A stretch of 64,000 nt of DNA from Antedon mediterranea (Eukaryota; Animalia; Echinodermata). The notes beneath the pieces were generated by a model that ran no database searches, had not been told where the DNA came from, and saw only the letters and a list, made by a program, of their open reading frames with translations. The DNA lies in the NCBI RefSeq assembly GCF_964355755.1, contig NC_092673.1:25169648-25233647 (forward strand), written 5' to 3'. Positions 1 through 13,700 of this stretch are shown one piece after another. The translations under genes were made by a program, and so were the position numbers. Position 1 is the stretch's first letter; each line of letters begins with the position of its first letter.

Positions 1-340
1 CAGCTAGGCCTACTAAGCGGTCTACACCAACAAGGACAGCACCAGCTGACGATCGCCCTCGAAGCGTGTATGGAAGAGCTTCGTAGGAGAAATGACGGGC
101 CTAGGCAGCGAACGTTTGTCAAAATTTGACACATTGCCTCTATCGGAGATTTATTATCCTCGAAGGCCGAGTATAATTGGATTATCGCTGAAATAACCTG
201 CAAATTTGGTGAAGATTTTACCTCGAATTTTTTGTAGCCTGAGGCAAAAGTTAATTGGATCACGCGAACGGAAATCGGGAATAAGCTGGTATTTTCAACC
301 CCTATGAACAGGCCCCTATACTAGTTCGCCGGAAATGACA

Positions 341-2092
341 GGGTGTGTAGAAAGCGACGACCTCGAATTGGACGACCCCAACGACCCGGGCGACCTCGAA
401 TTGGACGACCCATAACACGAAACCGACGACCCCTATAATAGCCTAGCCTAGCCTAGGCCTAAGTATGGTATAACATCCCGAAGCCGAACATAACCAAAGA
501 TCTTTAAACCATACCTTATATAATACTCGCAAGCAAGCAATTGATTGAAAAAATACAGAAATATCGACATTTGATACTGAATGTGTCGACACGAACAAAC
601 GAACAGATATGGAACGCCAAGAGTGCATCATTAAAACTGCATTCGACTCGATTAGCACACGAAATATCATAAACATGGCAAACCAGGCCCCTTTTTCAGT
701 GGCAGGTAAGGTTTGACCATGGAGGTATACCTCCATGGTTTGACCAGCTCCATGGTTTGGTAAAAATATTTTTATACCTCCATGGTTTGACCGTATACAA
801 TGCATGTGTGAAATGTAAAGCTTTCTTATGGCCCTCCCCATGCAGGATTAGGCCAAGTTGAGCCGCCGACAAGTTGAGGCGCCGCCAGAAAAACGTTATT
901 TTCTATGAAACGCCAAATGCTTACTTTCGCCGGTGCTCGTTTCTATTTAATAGAAATTCTATTTATATTAATTATTAGATATAACGATGTATATTCCAAA
1001 GTTTATATATCACGGTTTTTAGTATATATTATTAAATATTATAATTAAAGAGAAATAATTATGAATATCTGACTTGTAGATTCCAAAATATAAGGCCTAA
1101 AACATGACCGAAAATGATCGTTTTTAGCCAAAAATGACGTAAACATGTTGCCCCCTCAGGCGGCAGTTGAAGTAAAATAATTGCATAAAATCACCGTTTT
1201 TTAGTAAAATATTTTGTGTATTAACATTGTAAAATTCAATAAAATATGATATTAAAAGATAGTAAATAAAAAATAATAATTATTTAACCTCATTCGAAGA
1301 ATATCAATACTCTATTAGTCCTGAGAGACAACGTGATTTTACGTGGTAGACATACACGCGAGAAAAATATTATGGAGTGCACTGCATTTTTACCTTGAAA
1401 GATTAAAAACAATTAAATTATTAAATATGACTACTTTCCTTTGCTGTTTCAAACCAACAAAATTGTAGTATGTAATTATTATTTATTTTCATGACACAAT
1501 AAACCTAAAGACCATATGAACTTATGTAGGGCCTACTAGGACACCACTCTATCACTACGCGAAATGTCGTAAAAGACGCACTGGCCGTTTCATAGAAATT
1601 ACCGGCGGCTCAACTTGTCGGCGGCCCAACCGGTCATATCCCCCCATGCACATGTTACGCTGCTTGGTAGGCCTATAGTGTTCGTTATAAGAAGACGAGA
1701 TGTAATTATACGTCCATGGTTTAACCATGTATTGTATAATATTTATTTCTTTTTAATTTATTTTTAATATGTCGAATGCAGTTTTAATGATGCACTTTTG
1801 GCGTTCCATATCTTTTCGTTTGTTCGTGTCGACACAATCAGTATCAAATGGCGATATTTCTGTATTTTTTCAATCAATTGCTTGCTTGCGAGTATTATAT
1901 AATAAGGTATAGTTTAAAGATCTTTGGCTATGTTCGGCTTCGGGATGTTATACCACACTTAGGCCTAGGCTAGGCTAGGCTATAGGGGTCGTCGGTTTCG
2001 TGTTATGGGTCGTTCAATTCGAGGTCGTTCAATTCGAGGTCGCCCGGGTCGTTGGGGTCGTCCAATTCGAGGTCGTCGCTTTCTACACACCC
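341..2092. mobile_element. Non-autonomous Mutator (MULE)-like foldback element with ~305-bp TIRs
   Basis: 341-647 (GGGTGTGTAGAAAGCGACG...) is the reverse complement of ~1771-2092 (...CGTCGCTTTCTACACACCC). It is flanked by a 10-bp direct repeat GGAAATGACA at 331-340 and 2093-2102. Long TIRs with a 9-11-bp TSD are typical of MULEs. Confidence 0.85.
845..1641. mobile_element. MULE-like MITE nested in the 341-2092 element
   Basis: Imperfect TIRs (GGATTAGGCCAAGTTGAGCCGCCGACAAGTTGAG... / ...CTCAACTTGTCGGCGGCCCAACCGGTCATATCC) and a perfect 9-bp TSD CCCCATGCA at 836-844 and 1642-1650. Confidence 0.8.
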
Positions 2093-3565
2093 GGAAATGA
2101 CACTCTATATCGGGCTACCAATTACCACCAACCTATTTTTTCGGCCAAAACACACGCGACATTTTTAACGTCAGAAGTTTCCGACGAAGGTACTTCCGGT
2201 AAGTTAATACATTCTGGCATTTATAATAATATTTATTCGGCAAAAGTTCTTAAAAGTACGTTTTACATTCATCTTGCCAAGAGGAAGTAGGCCTAATAGT
2301 AATAGGCATGAGCCCAAACAGAAAACTGCTCTTATTACTCCATCATTATTATACAATACAAAAAAAAAGGAGTACAAATTAATTTTAAAAAAAACAAAAT
2401 TATAATGAAATAAACCAATTAAGAATAAGCTGCATTGAATAAACACTATAAATAATTTAATATTTTGAGATCAAATGTTTGGTGAGTTGGGGTTAAAAGT
2501 CTGAAATTGTAGCATATTGGTTAATTAATTATTATTATCAATTAATAATTAAAAAAGTTAGACAACAAATATGAAGCTGCTGCTATAAATATATTGAGCA
2601 AAACGTTAAATTGTATTATTTTGATCAAGTCAGTAAAACCACAATTTCCAAAATTCATTTTCATTTATTACAGTAGTTATAAGGGTCAGTCTAATTACCG
2701 AAAACAACCGAAAATAACCGAAAACAACCACAAACAACCGAAAACAACCGTAAACAACCGAAAACAAACCGAAAAAAAAATGTAAAAAATCTAAATACCG
2801 AAAACAAATTTTTTTATAATATTTTTTTAAATGTCGCCCTCTATTAATGGGTGTTTCTAAAGCTAAGACCATACAGAGGCGCAAAAGTCATGGAAGACCC
2901 TAAGAAATGTGCACAAAATACAACTCAAAATCATACAATTCAATGAAATACACCGTAGATTACATTTACTTACAAAATCTATAAACACATTTCGTTTTTA
3001 GTCTTTTAAAAAACAAAGCATGATTTTACCTTAACTTTGCGTTTTCGTCCCCGGTTTTCGTCACTTATTAAGTGAATACTGAAGCGATTAAGGATAAAAA
3101 CGTTATTTACTCGACTACGGTAATTCTACTGAATAGATTTTATTGTGAATCCTTTATAGTGAGCTTGTTTTAAGTATACTTTATAGTCCCTAGTATCTTT
3201 GTATAATTATCTTTGAAAATCTATAATTAAATCGATCATGATTAACCATAGTCAATTTACTTTCTCTACTATGGATTAACATATCACAATTATTGTAAGG
3301 AGTAATGCGCTGGTTTCTGGATCAAAAATCGAAAGACTAAAATTAAAATATTTTTATAGATTCTGTAAGTAAATGCGATGTTATCATTGATTGATTGCAC
3401 GATTTTTAGTTGTATTTTGTGCACACTACTACTACCATCGTAGGGTCTTCCTTGGCTTTTGCGCGCGCGGTTTTGTCTCTGTTATGGTCTTAGATTTAGA
3501 AACACCCATCAATAGAGGGCGACATTTAAAAATCATTATACAAATTTGTTTTCGGTATTTAGATT

Positions 3566-6500
3566 ATTAGGTTATATGCATTATCATGCATATAACCTCT
3601 TGATTCTGTCAAAATCTTTATTAGGTTATATGCATTATCATGCATATAACCTCTTGATTCTGTCAAAATCTTTATTTATTTATTTATTTATTTATTCTTT
3701 CCTTAGCACTATTTTGTCCGTGCATTATCTTGATATCAGTTTCATCTATCTAAGTCAATTTTTCAGAGTATATTCCTTATGGCCAGGAATCGATGTGGTT
3801 ATGTTTTCAGGTTGCGCAATCAAACATTACGCGGTCTACGCGCGATTTAACGAAATCACGTTTGTAATCATATCTTCACAAGAATGAATCACTTTTAAAC
3901 AAAATTTGGTACTCATAAATTTCAGGTCATATTTCATCATATGGCAATACAATTACGTGCGTAGCGCATATAACGCATGCGTACGTGCGCTTAAAATGTT
4001 AAAAATTGTCACAATTTATTTTCGATGAAATTAGAGTACGTTTCAGGCAATTTTAAACTTTTAAAAAATTGCCATGAGTGCGCAGATTTTTGCACGCGTA
4101 CTGCGCGTCAAACGTTAATGGGCACTGTTTTTGTCCGATTACTGTTGTATAACCTTTCTTTAATAATATCATCATATTTTATTCGCTTTTCAACGCGAAA
4201 CAGCGTTATACTAGCACGTCAAATGTGACAGGCTACGCACGTGTAAGTTAACAAAATGGTTAAAATATGCTAAATTTTAAAATTAATATATATCGTTAGA
4301 ATGCTCGGGAACACCTATTTTTTATTTAATTTTCTTGAAGTGTATGTATCATATGTATGATTTATTATGAAATTAGAAGAACAAAAGTGGATTAAGTCAT
4401 CATTAATGGCATATTAAATTTAACAAAATTAATTTCGACAATCAAACAAATTATAACATTTTCTTAGGCCGAAATAACAAACTTAACATTAACTTTCTTC
4501 CTTAAGAAGTTCATATATTAAAGTTAAAAGTATATAGTTTGACAGTGCATCATTTTTTTTAAATTTTTAAAGATGTCATCATAGTAAAACATTATAATTC
4601 ATTGCGGTATGTAATAATCTATCTGCACCAAAGTGGTTACTGCATAGTAAATACACGGAGGAATCTTTCCATAACTTTTAGTCAGTTGTGTATGGCTCGG
4701 TGGTCTTTGCTCGTGTCTATAGCATTGAAGTACCGAGTTCGAGTCTCACCTTTGGAAACCAAACGAAATAAGATTTTTTTTATTATCCGTATTGTTTGTT
4801 CTTAGTGTTAGATTATACACATGATTTATAATGAAATCTAAATAAAAACACAAATGTGGTTTATGACATTATATACGCAGAAAGATCTTTGATCGGATTA
4901 TGATACCGGCTATTGTATTTGCGTTAGCAAGATCCTATCATATATTATAAATAACTAACGATTCTGAGAAAATCAATCAATCAATATACCTTAAATCAAT
5001 CAATTATCTTTATTTAAATCAATGCATATAACCTATAATTCGTCATAGTGACGAATTAAATCTAGTTTATTTATTTATTTATTTATTCTTTCCTTAGCAC
5101 TATTTTGTCCGTGAATTATCTTGATATCAGTTTCATCTATCTAAGTCAATTTTTCAGAGTATATTCCTTATGGCCAGGAATCGATGTGGTTATGTTTTCA
5201 GGGTGCGCAATCAAACATTACGCGGTCTACGCGCGATTTAACGAAATCACGTTTGTAATCATATCTTCACAAGCATGAATCACTTTTAAACAAAATTTGG
5301 TACTCATAAATTTCAGGTCATATTTCATCATATGGCAATACAATTACGTGCGTAGCGCATATAACGCATGCGTACGCGCGCTTAAAATGTTGAAAATTGT
5401 CAGAATTTATTTTCGATGAAATTAGAGTACGTTTCAGGCAATTTTAAGCGTTTAAAAAATTGCCATGAGTGCGCAGATTTTTGCATGCGCACTGCGCGTC
5501 AAACGTTAATGCGCACTATTTTTGTCCGATTACTGTTGTATAACCTTTCTTTAATAATATCATCATATTTTATTCACTTTTCAACGCGAAACAGCATTAT
5601 ACGAGCACGTCAAAAGTGACAGGCTACGCACGTGTAAGTTAACAAAATCGTGAAAATATGCTAAATTTTTTAATTAATATATATATCGTTAGAATGCTCG
5701 GGAACAACTATTTTTTATTTAATTTTCTTGAAGTGTATGTATCATATGTATGATTTATTATAAAATTAGAAGAACAAAAGTTGATTAAGTCATCATTAAT
5801 GGCATATTAAATTTAACAAAATTAATTTCGACAATCAAACAAATTATAACATTTTCTTAGGCCAAAATAACAAACTTAACATTAAAGACCCCTTCCCTGC
5901 AATTTTGGACGTTTTTTGGAAAATAATACATATATATCACTTTAAAAACATTAAACCATGTCATTCCTTGTCTTAAATGTACGTTTTATGGTAAATTATG
6001 ATAAAAAGTGAGAAACAATGCACTACCTAAGTAGCTCGCGGCAATCGACCTCTCGTGGACGGTCTTAGGCCTAGCCTAGCTAGGCTTAGTTTTGTAGGCC
6101 TAGCTTGTAAACATCGATAACGTACGAACATCGTACGCTAGCTATATACCTAGCCTGACGTTGTATAGTTGCTGCATTAATTGTCTTTTTATTTTTGCCA
6201 GAATCCGTTGATACAAATTGGGGAAAACCCGGTATTTTCGCTGAAAAGTTAGGAGTCTTCCATTTGTTTTGGCTTCACGATCGATCGAAAAGTGGGCGAA
6301 TTACAGGTGAAAAACAAAAATATCAATCCGCGCGCAATGCATTTTGGGATTTATAGCGGGCCGCTATAATTATTAGAATCGATTTATTTTTCACATTTTT
6401 AACCGTTTAAAGACGAAAAAAGTTATCGCAATAGGACCATATAGTATTATTTTTACATTAAATATAGTTTGTGATCTTAAATTAGATCTAAAAAACGTAG

Positions 6501-7100
6501 GGAATGGGGCTTTAACTTTCTTCCTTAAGAAGTTCATATATTAAAGTTAAAAGTATATAGTTTGACAGTGCATCATTTTTTTTAATTTTTAAAGATGTCA
6601 TCATAGTAAAACATTATAATTCATTGCGGTATGTAATAATCTACCTCCACCAAAGTGGTTACTGCATAGTAAATACACGGAGGAATCTTTCCATAACTTT
6701 TAGTCAGTTGTGTATGGCTCGGTGGTCTCTGCTCGTGTCTATAGCATTCAAGTACCAAGTTCGAGTCTCACCTTGGGAAACCAAACGAAATGAGATTTTT
6801 TTATTATCCGTATTGGTTGTTCAATTGTATTTCTTAGTGTTAGATTATACACATGATTTATAATGAAATCTAAATAAAAACACAAATGTGGTTTATGACA
6901 TTATTATACGCAGAAAGATCTTTGATCGGATTATGATACCGGCTATTGTATTTGCGTTAGCAAGATCCTATCATATATTATAAATAAACTAACGATTCTG
7001 AGAAAATCAATCAATCAATATATCTTAAATCAATCAATTATCTTTATTTAAATCAATGCATATAACCTATAATTCGTCATAGTGACGAATTAGATCTAGT
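3566..7100 (+). mobile_element. Tandem pair of non-autonomous Helentron/DINE-1-like (HINE) units (3566-5066 and 5067-7100)
   Basis: 5' subterminal IR TAGGTTATATGCATT with local palindrome, followed by a (TTTA)n microsatellite. 3' copy of the subTIR AATGCATATAACCTA, then hairpin AATTCGTCA-TAG-TGACGAATT and CTAGT end at 5062-5066 and 7096-7100. Inserted in a T-run with no TSD. The two ~1.4-kb units are nearly identical. Confidence 0.75.
5886..6511. mobile_element. Kolobok-like MITE (TTAA TSD), copy 1
   Basis: TTAA|AGACCCCTTCCCT...AGGGAATGGGGCT|TTAA. The empty site (single TTAA) is visible in the other tandem unit at ~4489. A near-identical copy lies at 26616-27250. Confidence 0.85.
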
Positions 7101-7785
7101 TTTATTTTGTTTTCGGTTGTTTATGGTTGTTTTCGGTTGTTTGTGGTTGTTTTTGGTTGTTTATGGTTGTTTTCGGTTATTTTCGGTTGTTTTCGGTAAT
7201 TAGACTGACCGGTTATAAGAACAGACATATTGCCCACTGAGGTTGTGATTTGTTGGATTTAAACCTCTGTACATTTTCATAGTATACAAATCGTATATAA
7301 TTCAAATTTTTAAATATAAAAAATATTTTCATGTCTCCACATGATCCCATGGAATTCTGGAGCCACATGCCTTTCTTTAGTTTGAATGAATGTGTTGTTG
7401 TTGTGTTATGCCATGATAAAATTACCATTTTTGTTGATATTTCAGAAATTCCCACCCCTGTCGAAATATTGATTTTGAAAACCATGGGCCTGTTGAAAAG
7501 TAAAAATAGTAAAATAGTCGCACTGATATAATATAATAGTGGAGGAACCACCACTAGGGTTACAGAGAGCTGACTCATGATTTTTTAAATAAAATAAGAA
7601 ATACATTTTTTTAGTATATTTTTTAACACATTTGTTACAAATTCTTTCTCTTTTATTGCTACTTTCCTTTTCTAAAATCATCGGTGTTAATTTTAATCTG
7701 AAGAGCTGATGCTATTAAATACTGAAACAATTCTTATTTGAAATTGCATTTATTGTATTAAAAATAAGTCAAATTTATTTTGTAG

Positions 7786-10700
7786 GTGCAAAACGTGTTT
7801 TGGTAAAGAAAAATCATTCATTGCTCATTGGCAATATGGAAATTGGATTATTAGTAGAAGGAGCTGAAATGTCTGAGGTAGGTTGTCAAGGATACCAAGC
7901 TTCAACTTTACCAATAATTATTAGTTTGGCAATGTATTAAGGAGGATGTACACATGTTATCAAAACAATTTCCACTAACTTTCCCATGTGTTCATAACGC
8001 TGCAATTGCCTTTTTAACGGCAGACAATTCAAATTGGCTGTGACGTCGCTACTGCATAGGAAAATCTACTGATAGATTTTCACTGTTGTTGTTAACATAC
8101 AAGTATAGCCATCACTTCAATTGCTAATTTTACCTGCATGTATGCTTAAATTAGCTGATGTTGAGTTTGTTATAATTTGAACATTTATTTTATAAAACAA
8201 TCCATATAGACTGAAGAAAGAATTTAAAAAAAAAAAAATGTTAACGAGTTATTTATTAAAATGTGTTCGTAAATTAAGCAATTGTTCTACTGTATGGTTT
8301 TCATGAAATATATGTTTTCTTTGTTTATATATATTTTGATATTTTAGGATATACCAGTGGACCATACTAGTCCACCTTCACCTCAGTTTCAGTCAACATC
8401 TTTTGGCAATAGCAGTTATGCTGAAGACATTTATGGCAATGACCAGCAAGGTGAAACTAGTTGTTCCAGAGAAATATCAATGACACAACAACATGTAGAT
8501 AATTCTGAAGATTTATTGAACACTCCAAATGATGACCCACCAGGTGATGGTGGTGATAATGCACAGTTGTTTATAGAAGTATCTTTTGGTGGTCTCACCT
8601 TGGATACGGTATTGATGTACTTTGAAAGTAAGAGACACTCTGGAGGTGGATCTATTGGAACTCATAAGCTGGTTAAACCAGGAGTGGTACACATTGCATT
8701 TGAGCAACAAAAAAGTAGGTCTTTTATTATTCATTCCCGAGTTGTAAATATTGAACAAAGTTATTTGAAAATACTGTAATAGAATAATAGTGTAATAGAA
8801 TAATAGTGTAATAGAATAATCATTTCCTGTTAAATTTTCCCGTAGCAGTAATAGTTTAGGTGATCATTTCCTGGTTAATTATCCTGTAGCAGCAGTAGTT
8901 TAAATGGTAAATTTCTTGGTAGATTATCTTGTAGCAGCAATAGATTATGGTTGTTTCTTCATTCTTACTTAACCAGTAGTAGGGCCTAGTCTTCATGGTT
9001 TCCTGATAATTTATTGTGTGTCCTTTGCATGGTAGTTTCCTGGTAAATTATCCTAAAGCAGCAAGTTTTTGCAAAAGGACTATATTGCAATTTTTGCTCT
9101 AAAATACATATATTTATTTTGTATATAAGTTGCGGAATGTGTTTCTACAAGGCCCCATTTATTGGAGAAACAACCTTTAGTTGTTTCCTTAATGGAAGAA
9201 AGAGATCCAGAACCAGACACAATCGAAATAAGTGGTTTTACTTCTTCAATTTCTGAGTTGGAGCTGGAACTATACTTTGACAACCACAAGAAATCTGGTG
9301 GAGGTGACGTTATACATGTTACTATGAGTGAAGACAAAACTAAATGTACCATCAAGTTTTCAGAAGTAAAAAGTAGAAAACATGTTTATTTGTTATTAAT
9401 TAGAACTCTTTAAAGTGATTATCAATTACAGTATCTTAACACTTTTGCGTTTTGTCAGTTTTTCAAAATACATTAAACAAATTTAACTTGTGTAATTTTG
9501 GGTTGCTTTTGATATTGTTTTCAGTTGTAGAGGAAGTTCTTTTGCGAGAACACGAGTTACGCAAATGCAAACTTACGGTTAAACGTCCTTGTAAAATGAT
9601 CTATCATAGAGAAGGAAAAGGATTGTCAATAGTTACTGCTGATTTTGAAAGTGAACCAGCTTCTCTAAAGGATGAAGATGATGCACATATTCTTGTCACC
9701 TTTGATGAAGAAAAGATTTTGGAGGAAACACTTTTATTGTACTTTGAGAGTGAAAAATATTCTGGTGGTGGAGCCATTTCAAAATCAAATTTATATCTAC
9801 CAGGAAATCTAATAATAAAATTCAGCAATATTGGAGGTAGTATTTATTTTTATTACGGCACATGTGAAAGCATTTTTTCCTATAAAGTATTTTGGTTATA
9901 AATTCTTTACATTTTTAATAAAATGAATGTTACAAATTGATTCTTATTTGAAATTGTATTTATTGTATTAAAAGTAGTCCAATTTATTTTACAAATTAGT
10001 GGCAAAGAGAGTGTGCATGAGCCAGTCACATATTTGTCAAGGGCAACATTTAGATGTTTCACTAGTTGAGGAAAATCATCCCTCACCTAACACTGTTGAA
10101 GTGAGTGGTTTTCCTCCTATGATTGCGGAAGAAACTCTTGAGATGTATTTTGAGAACACAAAGCGATCAGGTGGAGGAAGTATAGTGTCTTCTAAATTGA
10201 GTGAAGATGAAAGTAAATGTATTGTAACATTTGAAAATGAACAAAGTAAGTATATACACCGTTTATTCAAATTTTTAGTAAACCTTTTTTAAAAAGATTT
10301 ATCAATGTGATTAATTATGCCTAAAGCATGCAAATATTGTTTTATAAAAATACTGATGATTGTGTACCCTTGCCTTTCTAGCTTATGATTTTATACAATG
10401 CTTATGTTCAGGGTTGAAAATAGGAGAAGTTAGACATCATCAAGAAAGTTTTTTGGCCAAAAATGCTCAATTCATGAATATAAATGAGTAAATGAAATTA
10501 TTTTTTAAAATGCTTAAAAAGTGATATTGTTTACATTTCAGTTGTGAAAAGAGTTCTTGCACGTAATCACAAGATACAAAAGTGTCCTCTTGTTGTAAAA
10601 CGGCCTAATAAAAAGTGGAAGTTTAAGGATAGTGTGGATAAGTCAGTACTTGAAGTACATGGAGCTGATGAAAACGTTGACACAGAACTTATACAAATGT

Positions 10701-13700
10701 ATTTTGAATCCTCAAAATCAGGTGGTAATGGTTCAGAGATTAAGGCTGAGTACCATGAAGATAGAAAAGTTTGGAAAATCAGGTTTTCAAATTCTGAAGG
10801 TAAATTCTTTCATAATACGAACTGATCTGGTAAAATGTAGCTTAAACTTGCAAAACAGTTGTTAAATTTATAATATATACCATTTAGACATACTGTAGCT
10901 TTATGTTGTGTATGTATTAAGAGTTTCTTATTCTAATATACATGTTTTATTGTTGAAGAATATACCTTTAAATACCTAATTATTCTGGCTCAAAGCACTT
11001 CACTTCTACTTTAAAAATTCTATCAAAAAATATATACAGCTTATAGATTATTCTATTGACATGACAAATTTTTTCCCTATCATTTATTATACAGTATACT
11101 GTAGAATATACATTCACATTTTAATTATATTGGTTTTAGTTGCTGATAGTGTCTTGAAAAAATCTCATAAATTGGGAAAGAAAGATATAAAAGTTCTGAG
11201 GCCACAACTAAAAAGGAAGATTTTTATCAACAAGTCGAATGCTAAGAAAGCAAAAAAACTGGAAGAAGAAACTATTCCATTGGTAGTGGAGAACGTGGAC
11301 GAATCTTCAATATCTGAAGATCATTTGAAATTGTACTTTGAGAACAAGAAGAAATCTTGTGGAGGACCAATTGCTTTCATGCAGAAAGTTCATTCCAAAT
11401 GGATCATACATTTTCAAAAGAATGGAGGTACACATTTACATGTTATTTTATGTCTGCTTTAATCATGAAAACGTTATACTTTAAAATATTGAGTTTTAAT
11501 TGTAAATAAGAGATATTTGAGTTATTTGACAATTGGTTTTATTACTTACATTCTAAGAACCATAAACATGTAGTTTAAAATATCAAATATGCTATGATCA
11601 GAAAACGTTTTGCTTAATGCCAAAATTCATAGCCTGTGAAATGTGAGTAGTTTCTGTACTTGTAAAGGTCTGTGAAACAAAATATTGTAGAGGCTTTCTG
11701 TGTGTTCTGTATATTTTTAAAAATCAAGATCAAGCCCATATACTATCTAATTGTTACGTTTAGTTTTGTATTACATATATATTTTTAGTTGCTGAGGCAG
11801 TGGTTGAACAAAAATATCATGAGGTGTCTCGAACAAGATTGACAGTCAGACTTGGAGTGAAGCAAGTTAAAAGACCTATCAAAAAGAATTGTTTATTGAT
11901 TACTGATCTTCCAAAACGATTAAATGATGAAATGTTTGATCTCTATTTGGAAAAAGTGACTTCAATGAATAACCCAACAGTCAAGTTTGGAAAAGATCCC
12001 ACAAAAGCTATGGTGACTTACGCAGACCCTATTAATGGTAATGAATTATTTAGCTGATTAATTTAATTTTTTTTTTTTTATAATTAGTACTACAATTCAA
12101 CAATTTTATTTTTATGTGTTACAGCGATGATAAAGATATAGCTTTTACTATTAGCATACGACAAACAAAGAACTGTTGGCAATAAATTTAGTAATTTGAT
12201 ACTTGTAAATTGGATAACACTGTTCTGAATGTATTGTTTTGTTTATATTTTTGTTATTAAACAGATATTGATAAGGTGATATTTAAAATTAAAGATGAAC
12301 AACTTTCTGGTGCAGTAATTAATGCAAATAAAGTGTTTGATGTTGACACAATCGTTGTGAAGAATGTGGATAAGTCATGTACTGAGGAGATGCTGAAACT
12401 TTATTTTGAAAATTCTAGTAGAAGTGGTGGAGGACCAATTCTAGATACAAATCTGGAAAAAGGAACAATACAATTTGCAGACTACAAAGGTATGGAATGT
12501 GGAAGATTATTTCAATCTTATTGCACCAAATATTAAAAAAAAGAGTGATACATGTGGAAACATGCAAGAAAACATATATTTAGTTCTAATATCTGAATAA
12601 AATGGACAAACTAAAGTGAAATGATATTCATCTTCAATTGATTGTAAAGCACATAATTTTCATAATTTTTTATTTCTATTTATACAATTCCATCTTCCTT
12701 TCTTAATTCCTAATTATAATATTCCTAGTCTTATCTTAGTCATAATTTGTCTATGTTTGTAAATAAATACATCAGTATGTAAAACTTTAACATATTGTTA
12801 ACATACATGTATTTAACTTAAAAATAATTAACAATTGAACCATGTTTTATTATTATTTATTGTATTTTTTTAAATGTTGGGATTTTTTATATTTTTTATT
12901 TCATGATAAAACAGAGAAATAACATAATGAACTTTTTATTGTTTTACATTGATTTCAGTTGTAAAGTCAGTCTGTAAAAGAAAACACACACTTCACAAAA
13001 GAGATCTGGAAATTTGTTTATGCTATGATGAAATTGGTGAAGTTGTGTCAGATGGTTGTCAATGGACACCAGATCCAGTTTGTGTCAAGGATGATCCTTA
13101 TCTTTTGACCTTTGCTTCTAAGAAACAAGAATTCATGAATGAACTATCCGCTGCTGGAATACAGATGGAGTTTATTCAAGCTTCTCCTGATGTTGTAAAC
13201 TTAAGTGTTGATGCTGCATTCGACATTAAAAATATTCATGATTGGGATGACTATGCTACAAGCACTTTCAAACGCCTCTGTGACCAGTTTGATATAAAGT
13301 GGTTGAATATTGGAGATGAATGCTTTGAAGATTTCCAGCCATACGTTGAAAAGGCAGAGATGGAAGGTGTGGAATTGCAACTACATGACTCATCACCATC
13401 CCTGATAATTGTAGGAGTAAGGCATATTGTTAAGGATGTTTTGTGTGAACTTTCAAAACAACTTGATGTTATGAATGAAGACATCAAGAGAAAAAAGAAC
13501 ATTGTAGAAAGACCTGAAAAGTTTGGAGATGAAAAAATCAAAAAAATCCGATTGCTTGATTTTGAAGTAACTGCTAAAAGTAAATTTGGAGTAGATTTTG
13601 TAGTTGATGACGATAGCAGTACAGTCATTTTTAAGGGACTTCCTGGTGACATAGATTCGGCATCTTTGTATCTTTACAGAGATCTGGAGAACATTGTTGA

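Larger units (their letters stand above)
2684..7210. mobile_element. MULE-like element with repeat-rich TIRs; right TIR interrupted by a Helentron-type insertion
   Basis: Ends GGTCAGTCTAATTACCGAAAACAACCG... and ...CGGTTGTTTTCGGTAATTAGACTGACC with 10-bp AAAACAACCG subrepeats. Flanks AGTTATAAG/GGTTATAAG give a 9-bp TSD with 1 mismatch. The inner part of the left TIR (2790-2902) pairs with 3441-3565. Confidence 0.75.

Noticed and set aside
4025-6863. Duplicated 67-79 aa ORFs (4025/5416 and 4602/6624) as a small gene pair
   Set aside because: They are duplicated only because they lie in the tandem Helentron-type units; no protein features.
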